NCBI GenBank assembly: GCA_045837725.1
Contig: JBEWZL010000302.1
Location: forward strand, 1-64,000
DNA: 64,000 nt
Direction: 5' to 3'
Source of the DNA: Vermamoeba vermiformis
Taxonomy: Eukaryota
In this document: in pieces, positions 1 through 10,176 of the stretch
How positions within the stretch are numbered: the stretch's first letter is position 1
Layout: each line of letters begins with the position of its first letter
Position numbers and translations under genes: made by a program
The notes under the pieces: generated by a model
What the model saw: the letters and a program-made list of their open reading frames with translations, nothing else
Database searches by the model: none
What the model was told of the DNA's origin: nothing

Positions 1-2023
1 TCGAATTCGGTCGTTCTCGGACTGCACCTTTTTGGATCCTTTTCGTGGCTTTATTCCAGAAAAAGACTTGTAAACTTTTTGCTGCCTGTTTGGAAGTGTC
101 AGTGTGGTCATCAGATAGTTCTTTTCCTACTTACTTTTCCTTGATCTCCTTCTTGACAGAGTCATTGAGATCAGAGCAATCGATCATCAAGTCCAGCGGC
201 AATGCCACAGCAGAATACCCGGAGTCAGCGTATGGAGTTTGATTCGAGTGCCGCCAAACATTGCTGCCGGCAAAATACATCTTCACCGCTGCCAAACTGT
301 TTCTGTTGGAGTTGAACTTTATCATCGAACTCTTCAAGCAACCGATGCCCAAGTTTGGGAAGGACTGCACTGAAGCTCCTAGCGGAACGGAGGGATCGTC
401 CCCTTGTTCGAAGTTACGATCGTTTGGGATGAAAAGCTTCGAAAAAGATGATATTGAAGCATCGTTCACCGAGGCAACAAAGTTGGGGTTCCAGATGACC
501 GAATGAGTCTGCTTCGCACTGACGCTCCTGTGCAACTTAGGTATGAGCAGCAGCCTTCACAAGGGTTACAAGCGTACCTGAGAGTAATTGCTATATCCTG
601 GTAGAATTTGGTGCCTTCGAAATATTCATTCTCCTTGTCGCATATCTCGTCGACTTCGAACACACTCGACACGTTGTTCATGAACCAATTGAACTCGGAG
701 GCGTCTTTCATCACCTCTTTACCGCCGAAAAATTGCACCACAAAGACGACAGGAACCCTGAACAGAGGTTGAGAAAACGGATGTAGATAGGCTTTTTTCT
801 TTCCGTACCTAGATCCACGAAAGTGGAATCGTGACTTAAGCTTTTGAATCTCAGTCAGGCAGTCGGCAGAAACCGTCTCCATCCTCCTGACATCTTGATT
901 TTCGTTTAGGTGCTCCTCCAAGTCATCCCAAATGCCAATGTCTTTGGCAGCATCGGAGTTTTTGATCCCGGTCAAGATGACATCCTTGTAAAACGCTCGG
1001 AACATAGAAGGCAACAGCGAATCATGAGACTTCCAGCCCAGGAAGCAAGCATACACGTCATTCTTGCCATCCACGGCCCTGATCAAAAGTGGTTAGAACT
1101 GTAGGGACTAGCAGCCACTAGCGAGAACATACCCAATTTTTAGGTTGGCGGTTGTTGACAATGAGGACCCTGCCCAATCACCCTTTATCTTGTCGGCAGA
1201 AGCACCGTACTGAGGATGGATGTACAGACGAGGTAGCCTACGGAGCACTCCCAGAGTGTCGGTGACGATCGAGGTCGCATCCAAATCCATTCGAGAATGC
1301 AAATCAACTTTTCCTTTGAGATCAGGATAGTGAGCAGCTGCACCATAGTACGTTGTGCTATTGAAAAACTCCATAGGGTTATTCGGGAGGTCGGAAGAAT
1401 CGGACACTTCCTTGTAATCCTCGATCAGGTGTGCCGAGTAGACGGTCGGCCTGCAGGAACGAGTTTGCAGCATTGAAGCAAGCTCGTCCACCGTTGCTTT
1501 CGGCAAGGAGCAACCCGCCAGAGATGGGATAACGGTGTTGAGGCTAGAAAGTTGTCAATCAGAGTGCTTGCAGCATGAGCAATCTGTTTGTTGATTACCG
1601 TTCCACTTTGGATAGAAAATTAATTTGCTCCTCTTCTTCCATGTTCAAAAACCATTGCAGATTGGAAATGACTTGGTGTTGCCTAACAATGCTCACCATC
1701 TTGTCAAATGAAACAGCCTCAGGGGATGACAGTTCCTTCATTGCAAAAAAATTAGGATCCAGGAGCTGTGTCTTACTGATCTCTGTTACCTCTGACCCTT
1801 CCTCTTCAGCAATCGAGTCGTTGAACTGGAACAGGCAGTCGTCCCAGGGACTCGACTCTGCCTCGTCGACCAAAAGCTGCTCATCATTCGACCAGTCAAT
1901 GCTGCGCTGCCGCTCCGAACTGGACGACAGCTCATCATGGGGATTGGAATTGGGAATGTTGTCGCTGGACATCTCGGGGAGTCTGCTCATTCTCCTGTCG
2001 AAGAAAAGCATCAGAAATAGCAT
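1..2023 (-). CDS. Large orphan protein, spliced, 3' end beyond window edge
   Basis: ORFs 1595-2023, 1108-1506, 466-1086, 131-535 and exon 1-85 join in frame through four GT-AG introns (...KVER/LNTV..., ...NLKIG/AVDG..., ...ITLR/SVSAK..., ...EIKEK/QQKVY...). Frame stays open to base 1. Confidence 0.75.
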
Positions 2024-2084
2024 TCTCCCATTTTTGTTTACAAGAACTCTTTATAAAAAATAATGTATAAAATCAAGGATACAA

Positions 2085-4070
2085 TCATTCAGACAGATAA
2101 GCGGGGATTCTGCTGGCGTTGACCGTTTCAAACAGTTCAGGCTGCAACATGTACGTCTTTCCTTTGTACGACACCACCCGATCCTTGGCAGATTCGATAT
2201 GCTTTTTCCAAAGCTCATCAAAGCCTTTGCCGATTTTCTTGGCAATCGTCGAGAACGACAGGTTGCAGAAAAGCAAAGCCGGGATCCTTCGTGCAGCTGC
2301 CTCAAACTTGGTGCAATTGTGCTTGAATCTGGCAGGGCAATGATTATCAGTCTGGTTTGCTGTTAAACCTAGCAATGCTTACCTTCGAAAAGAGTTGCAG
2401 GATCCAGTCTTGTCCTTTGTGTCGAAGATCCGAGCCTGAACAAATGTCGATCCCTTGAGCTGCCAAAATGCCTTGTTCTTGATCACTGCTTGGTGAAGCT
2501 TTGCATTGACCTCTTCTTTTTTCTTTTGCTCAGTCATTGAAGAGCTCCAATTGGCCTCACATTCTGCCCGAATTTGGGACTGCCAATGAGTGAGAAAAGA
2601 ACTTAGCGCGAACAATTTCATTTTGGTGGCTATCTAGAAAAGTGCAACATAATTAGTCAGGTTGCAAGCACTGAAAACTACCTGATCCACTTACTTTCAC
2701 GCTCCTGTCATCCCGGTGCAATTTTGTGAGGTCTGCAGCAATGCTTGTGAGATAGCTATTGTAGTCCGCTTCAGCAGTCTTGCATTTGAACCAGGCGTTC
2801 AGGAAGGAGCGATCCACCAAATCAAAATGATCTGAAGAAAGAGCAGCATCCACCTCAAAGGTTTGCGACGACTTCATCCCGTTTACGAATTTTGTGTAGG
2901 CGGCATAATCGATAGAGCAGTCGGAGAGCTTGTCGAGAAGCGCACCAAAGTGATCAACTGTGTCAAAAGATTAAAAGGGGACTATGACGTATCTATTGAC
3001 TCTTAGCTTACCCTCAGGAGTTGCTGGTTTTGCTTGCAACTCCTTTGCTGGAAAGATTTTCTGGGGGGCAATATCTCTTTGAGCAGATGGGGGCTTGGCT
3101 TTCTGGCTAGTCTCACACTGAACGGCTGGCGCGCAATCTTCTTCGTTTCCAGCGTGGTCCTCGACGGTTACCACCTGCGGAGGTGCCTTCTTGAACAATT
3201 TGTCCATCATTCCCTGACTCAGCTCAATTGGCAACTCTCCTTCAACCATTGCTGTCGAAATGGGTTGAGCCAGTGCAATGCAGCAAAGCACAAACAAACT
3301 CACCGATGAAGAGGTTCTCTTCGTGCTTGAGTGTATCTGCCAAGAAGCCACCATTGACAAACCTAGCGGTCAGTGCAAAGCCGTTCTTGACAAGGTAGTT
3401 GACGCACTTGACTGCCTTGCGAGCTGCTCCTATAAAACATTTGAGTAAAATTGCATGTACCTTCGGCTGCTACTCACTGGACTCTGTAGTATCATCAATA
3501 CGCTCCTTTCGAGCCTTCTTCTTCTTTCCGGCAGGGGAACGGTCATTGCCTCGACTGTCTCCTGCTTGGTGGCCCATGTCATCCGCTTGGGGTTCTTCAC
3601 CTTGCTCCACCAATGCCGTGCCATCGTTTGGACCGTCCCAGACATCCACCTGTCCTTCTAGGTTGTCTGATGCTCTTGAAGGCACATCATCACCATGGTG
3701 CTGAGACTCCTCCTCTGCCGATAGAGACAGAGCCTCGGCGACCTGCAGTGTGACAATGCATTAAACAAGCTGCTTTTATTGAAGGCAATGCGATTATTCG
3801 ATTTACCTTAAACCTCTTGGCCGGTCTCTCCGAGGACTCTTCATCATCCTCGAGCACCCTCTTCCGCTTCTTGCCTGCTTGGGCCCAATAGGACTGAGCG
3901 TCTGCAAGCTGCTTTTCGGAGTACTCCAACTCTCCGTAACTAAAATAAATCGGTTCAGATGATGGTTACAACCCCAGTTAAAACACTTACTATTTTTTAA
4001 CAAGGGCTCTCAAGTCGCTCTCAGACCCCCATGTCTCTCCAGCTACTAGGGCAAGGTAAAAAACGCACAT
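2085..4070 (-). CDS. Orphan nuclear protein, about 8 exons
   Basis: Exons join in frame via GT-AG introns (e.g. TCC A|gtgagt...atag|GA GCA removes the apparent stop at 3470). NLS-like GKKRKR...PAKRFK and KKKKARK. Stop TGA at 2085. Start codon uncertain. Confidence 0.7.
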
Positions 4071-4552
4071 CCAAAGGCGGGAACTTTTTGTCGGTTGGAT
4101 TTTTGGATGCGGATTTTTACTCCAAAGACCGACTCTTCTCCCTATAATTAAATCTATTCTAGGCCCTGAAGCCTTTGACAGCCTCGGCTCAATTAATGAG
4201 ATTTGAGTGAGAAAAATAACAATTTTGGATTTTGAATCCTGAGGTCTTGCGTGCTCGGATAAAATTTTATCGACCAAGCCTACATAATTTTCCTTTCGTG
4301 TAATTTTATCAGTCATTACTTACGTAAATCTTTCAAAAGTTGGTGCGTGGTTGTGCGTACTTGATTTTCGGCAAAAATAACGGTACAAAAAAAGCGCGCT
4401 ACTGGCCATTGGTGGGTAAGCCAAAAAAGGAAACCCTTGTCTTGGGCAAACATATTGAATATAAACACGACCATTAGAAGGTGGTTTATTTATGTAACGT
4501 ATTTTAATGCGTTAAACAGAATGCACTCAAAGAAAGCATCCAGATCCTTCGT

Positions 4553-5064
4553 TTACCATTCGTGCAATTTGTCTCCTCGGATTCTTCTGGCCAATTGCAT
4601 ATCCTTTGGCATTATAGTTACTCTCTTGGCATGGATGGCTGCCAAATTGGAGAGCTCCAGCAGAGTGACGAGAAATTCCTCGGCCGATTCCTGCAAGGCG
4701 AGCATTGCATTTTTCTGGAAACGAAGATCCGTCTTAAAATCTTGGGTAATCTCTCTGACCAATCTGCAGAAAGGAGCAAAGGGCAACAGCAGGTTATAGG
4801 ACTTTTGGTACTTTCGGATCTCGCGAAGAGCAACTAAAGGTAATTATTAAAAAAATTAATTCAAAATATTAGCAAATAAATGATTATAATTAAGTATTAG
4901 TTATGCTAAATTATTTTCTTCAATATCTTACCAGTCCCGGGTCTAAATCTGTGCAGTTTTTTAGCGGATCCCTGCGGAATTTTACTGCGCTTCTTCGGCG
5001 CATTGTTCTTACGTGGAGCCTTGCCTCCCGTGCTTTTTCTTGCGTGTTGTTTCGTTCGTGCCAT
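4553..5064 (-). CDS. H3: Divergent histone H3 variant, one intron (4834-4931)
   Basis: [84 protein letters not shown]...[28 protein letters not shown]. Unmistakable H3 tail and histone fold; AATAAA downstream. Confidence 0.95.
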
Positions 5065-5117
5065 ATTATTACATGTATTAAACCGAGTTTTTGGTTAGTT
5101 TATTTTTTGACCAGATC

Positions 5118-6099
5118 ATGGAACACAAAATCAATTTTAGGTAAGCATTAATAGAACTTTATTTATTAATAATAATATTTCAATATAATTATTAGACAAG
5201 TGGGCAACCCAGATTTATTCGATTATTTTTACCTGGATGCAGCCCGGCAAGAATTTTTGCTCACTATCAACGGTGCTGCTAGAATCCTTGGCAAAACTAA
5301 GTTTGCATGGATGAAAGCAGCGAAGAAAGGTAATAAATTTAATTTTAAAATATTATTTATTTCTGATCTGATCATTAACCAGATCCCGAGTACGCCAGCA
5401 TTGTCGTGGAAAATGTTGCCATTGATTGGTTTGAGGGGGAAAGGGTTGACGGCAATGCTTTGCGTGCCAAGTGGATCAACTTGCAAGGGTTGAACAAACT
5501 CGTTCCCTTGTACATACGAAACAAAAACTTGAATGCCGTGTGCAGTGTGTTGACGTAAGTATTGTTATTCTTTATTTTAACTTATCCACAATTTTTAGTG
5601 AGCAACTCTTCACCTTGGGACTTGAAAATGTTCTCCAAGTCCAAATAGACACCGAGAGCAATCGAGTAAAGGTAAGTCGTATCATGCATTAAATATCCAT
5701 TTATTAACTTTTGTACAGTTTTCACTGGTTGACGACCTTTCCAAAGCCTATACTCCCTATCAGAGGCCTCCTACTGAAGTTGAGCTGCTTCCAGATGGAG
5801 TGGAAGTGCTCAATTTGGTTGCCAAACGCGTTGACGAGCTCACAGATAACTGGCTGGCTGAACAGTATCTAACAGCTGACGATAAGGCTTTGCTGGATAA
5901 AGCCCCTGATTTGCCTTTCGATGATAGGTGCCGTCAGCGGTTGCGCAATACCATTGCCAACCTCTTTGCCTCCTTCTCTGAGGAGGAACGAAGACTCAGA
6001 ACCTTGCGAGCAAGTGACACTGAAGATGATGAAGAGGATGAGGAATCAGAAGAGGAAGAAGAAGAGGAGGACGATGACGAAGACTATGGTGGCAAGTGA
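5118..6099 (+). CDS. Orphan protein with possible BRO-N-like N-terminal domain and long D/E-rich tail
   Basis: Five exons in frame: MEHKINFR|QVGNPD...LTINGAARILG...|...KWINLQGLNKLV...|...|...DTEDDEEDEESEEEEEEEDDDEDYGGK*. BRO-N likeness is by motif resemblance only. Confidence 0.7.
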
Positions 6100-7584
6100 C
6101 CATTCCAGCTCCTCGGTGGAGGAGAAGTCAAACGATGAGTCTTCTGTTGACTCTATGGATATTTATTAAGTATGAAATATAAAGCATCTTTTCTTAATTT
6201 AGCTTACCGATTATCATCTTGGAAATGCAACGAACAGCTTGCTTTTGCGAATTGCCACCTGAATAACGCTTTTCAACTTCCGCCACCGATCTTTGCTCAT
6301 TGTGGGCAATCAATTTAAGATATGCTCTTGATATAATTAGTAATGGATATTGGTGAATAGAGAGTTACTTACCAGTTGTTATTCCACCAAATCCAACGAT
6401 CCCGTATCTCGAATCGAAAACTTTTTTGCTTTTACGGCCTTAATTGATGTTTGCTATTAATAAAAGTAATTAAAATATTATAGGGATATATTTTAATACG
6501 TCTGCAACTTCAACAATTGCAGATTTGACCCGGATCAAAAAATTGATCAGGACCAAAAATTGATAGAAAATCGATATTATTATTTTTTTAACGTGTAATA
6601 TGTTATTTTTATGCTATTCTAATATAATTTATATGAAATTAATCATTAAAAGACTTACCAGTCGCAAAATCCAAAAAAAAAATTAAATCTGGCTTGCATT
6701 GGAAAAAAAGTTTTTCTAGTCTGCTGCTAGGTTATTTAATCTCGTGGTAAATTACACCCCACGAGATTTTGACCCTTTGTGCCCCTCTGTTGCGGCTGCA
6801 TTGGATCCCGGGATAGAAATACTAACGGCCACAGGTGAAAATCCTCCCAAAAACCGCGAGGGAGGATTTTACTGGAACGCACTTTTCTCGGTTCGGCGGT
6901 TTCCAGTATTAAAAGTAATTACATAGCAATGATCAGCGACGTTTACTCTATAACGTCAATTGTTTTGAGGCCAATTGGTAAGTGTTTTTAATAAATTTTT
7001 ATTCGGTTGCACAAATTCGTTTCTAAATCTGGCAACGCTGGATCAAAGATTAAAAACCTTCAAATTTAACGCTTCTTTTCACTTCATTATATTATATTGA
7101 CAGTAATTAATACTATTATGCTTCTCCCATCGCTATTCATTGCCTACTAACATGTGGGCAATGAAGCAGATCCTGAATCCGAAAATTTTTGGCTTAATAA
7201 TGACTCAGTACAGTTACTAATACGGTGAATATCTACTAAACAGACTGCTTTTTGCATCGGCAACGTGATTATTCGTTTTTGCTCGGGTGTACGTACTTTG
7301 AACTTTCTCATCCCGAATCTGCAACCAAACTCGCTATCAAAAAATTGATAACACTTCAATATTTATTCCCATTGCATTTCTGATCATTATTTTGCATTCA
7401 GGCAAGTCTAAAACTATTTTGCCCTGAATCCCAAGTCGTAACCACAGGTTTAAAACTCTAAAGTATCAAACAGATAGCTTTCGCTGAAAGCAATGTGATT
7501 AATCGATTATTTAACTTTGCTCAATAGGTCTACACGAGTTTCCAAAGCTTTCATTTTTTGTTTTTCCCAAAACGTAGCAACACA

Positions 7585-8220
7585 ATGGACCACCGCCTGA
7601 AGCTCTTCTCCAATATGTAAGTGCTTGAATTATCTAATTGTACATTATTTAATGCATAGTACAGCCCGCCCAGAGACCCTGGTGCACCTTGCATACTGCT
7701 TGGACCCCGCCGTGCATCCACGACTGACGATACTCCCTCAGCACCCAGCAAGCGCCGCAAGTACGAGCAGGTAATAGGAGCTCCTCTTTAAACACTTCTT
7801 AACATCTTTTCGTAGCCTTTGTTGCCGATCATTCCAAGCCAGGTAATCCTCCCCAGGATTGCCTTGTTATGGAGTCAGTCATTTGATTCTTCACCTGGTG
7901 GGTGCCAATGGAGCCTTGGATCACTACGACTTGTCAGCCGCAATTGTAAACATATCTGCGACGAATACTTGTTGGATCGAGCTGCTTCGCTGGGATCCGT
8001 TGCTGGAATGGTCAAGCTCTCTGGCCTGCGCTTTCAGCCCACCAACAATACCTGTCGCTTGGCTGCTGCTCAAGGGCACTTGGAATGCTTGGTCTTTGCC
8101 TACTGCAACCTTTACGTTCCCTTGGAAGATGCATTGAGCATTGCTCAGTCATCAGGCTTTGTCCACATCCTTGCTTATGCCAAGAAAGCTGCATGGCCAG
8201 TACCCAAGAAACTACAATAG
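7585..8220 (+). CDS. Small F-box-like / degenerate ankyrin-repeat protein
   Basis: Three exons: MDHRLKLFSNI|PPRD...PSKRRKYEQ|PLLPIIP...LRLVSRNCKHIC...TCRLAAAQGHLECLVFAY. AAxxGHLECL is the ankyrin type also seen at 16945-18187. Confidence 0.65.
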
Positions 8221-8346
8221 TCATTATTTCTGTTAATGCTTAGTAGCACACACACACACACAGACGTAATGCAGCCAAAATGCAATAAACAGGTTTCTTT
8301 CACCAAGTGCAGCCTGTTTGATACACTTTCAGTCCATCCAAGCAGC

Positions 8347-8690
8347 GGGGCATCCTCCACGGATGATACCTTGTGTATTCACTGGTCCTTGTGGGGGAGG
8401 GCGTCCGCCATGGAGGACGCCCTATGTATGTGTTTGTCTAAGCAGGGGAGGGCGTCCTCCATGGAGGACGCCCTATCTACTTATCCGTGCCGGTCTGAGT
8501 GGGGGAGGGCGTCCTCCATGGAGGACGCCCTATGTACGTGCCAGTCTGAGTCGGGGAGGGCGTCCTCCATGGAGGACGCCCTATGTGCATGCTTGTCTCA
8601 GCGGGGGAGGGCGTCCTCCATGGAGGACGCCCTATCTACTTACCCGTGCCGGTCTGAGTCAGGGAGGGCGTCCTCCATGGAGGACGCCCT
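8347..8690. repeat. Array of 26-bp palindromes AGGGCGTCCTCCATGGAGGACGCCCT
   Basis: Copies start at 8347 (degenerate), 8398 (1 mismatch), 8449, 8506, 8557, 8608 and 8665. Periods 51,51,57,51,51,57. Spacers are mutually related and form a duplicated 159-bp higher-order unit. Confidence 0.95.
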
Positions 8691-10047
8691 ATGTACGTGC
8701 CCAACTGACCTCAAAACTCCCAGCCCTAGCCCTATTACCAGTATAATCACGACTGGCTTGATTTCTGTTAATAGGGTCAATCACTGTTGATTCTATACAC
8801 TAGTTGCTCACCTTGGTCCTTGTTCTTGAATGGGTTGAACTGGATCTGCTCGTGGCTGAGCTTGATTGACTTGAGGGGCCTGATTAACCACCATTTGTTG
8901 AGCGATTGGTTGAATTGGAGCTACTGGTTGAACTGGAGCTACTGGAGCAGGGAGAGGCTGAGAAGTAACATTGGTGTTTGACAGGTTGACACTTGACATG
9001 TTGACAGTTGATGTCTGGGCTTGAACAATGCCACTGCTATTAATAGTGTGTGCAGTACCAACAACTTTGGAAGATGAGCAATTGCCACAGGTATTGCAGG
9101 AGCTTTGTGAAGTAGATGTTCCAGTGCCACTGATGACATGTGTCAAGTTGACACTTGACACTTGCGGATCAATAATGCCACTACAAGAACTTTGCTCAGG
9201 CACACAACTAATTATAACATTGTTGATTATTACTTAGTCTAGTTATACTGACAAAGGATCAACTTGATGATACTTACGGTGGAGTTCGTAAATCAGCAGC
9301 AATTTGACCTGCTATCTTTCTGACAGTGTGCTCTTCACGTACTTGACCCTTTGAAGCACTAGAACTGGGCCAGGATGCAAACATCTTGGACAGCTCAACC
9401 TATAAAAAATTAGCAAAAAGTTGGCTTCGTAATGGTCAATACTAACCTCTTCTTTTGCAGCAACAGCAGGGATGCAAATGGAAAGGTGGTTGAGCATTTG
9501 TCTCTTAAAGTCAGAGTCTCGAGTGAAACATGCACTTTTGCACAAAGGGCACTGGATCAGATTGAGTCGAAGCAACTCATTGAGTCGTTGTCTCTTGCTT
9601 GGTGAAAGAAAGTCATCATCCTAGGTTAGCATAGTTAGTATGTGCAGCTAAATGAGAGTACTGATGTGTTTGCGCTTTGATCCAGCTGACCGAAGGTCCA
9701 CCTACATAATGATTGGTTCAGAACACCACTAAAATAGTGATTATATCTTCTCAAATTTTGTTGCAACACCCTTCATATATATGACATAACTCCTGGTTAT
9801 TCAAATAATTTTGATGGGATTTACTTGTGTTAATTCAAGAATGTTCCCATGGCGACCTGCAAAGCTGCAAATAAATTCAACCTAACTCCTAAGAGCAACT
9901 AAATACAGCTGCTGTCATTCCTTTGCGCAAAGAACTAGGATGTTGGTATAAATTTACCCCTGCTTCACTGATCCACTGATATTTGCACTCAGTAAACCAT
10001 GGTGAACAAGAACCAGCTCTTACCTCGTTTGCAAATGAGGTATTCAT
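8689..10047 (-). CDS. Orphan protein with C2HC-type zinc finger and S/T/Q/P-rich C-terminus
   Basis: Exons PSKRQRLNELLRLNLIQCPLCK...MLNHLSIC, ORF 8808-9203, and last exon 8764-8689 ending in TAG at the edge of the palindrome array. 5' exons not fully resolved. Confidence 0.55.
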
Positions 10048-10176
10048 GTTGGATAGACAAAGTTGAAAGCAGTCAGGATTCAGACGCAAACAAAATGGTT
10101 TTGACAAAATTTATTTTCCGCAAAAATTTTACCCAAAAACTTGGCCAAAATTTTGACCGACAAATTTTTGGCTCTT

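Noticed and set aside
3470-3472. Apparent premature TAG suggesting a pseudogene
   Set aside because: Lies inside a GTGAGT...ATAG intron; the spliced frame is intact.
4553-5064. CenH3/CENP-A
   Set aside because: Canonical first 18 residues, no loop-1 insertion, F84 retained.
6100-7480. Possible minus-strand exons (donors near 6207, 6372, 6658; ORF 7147-7359)
   Set aside because: Could not assemble a consistent frame; possibly a decayed gene.
8347-8690. CRISPR array
   Set aside because: Spacers are related to each other and duplicated as a 159-bp block; eukaryotic context; no cas genes.
8236-8790. ORFs with GRASSMEDAL / GGRPPWRTPY repeats
   Set aside because: Open frames follow from repeat periods divisible by 3. 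They start in the 3' UTR of the 7585 gene and overlap the predicted last exon of the opposite gene.
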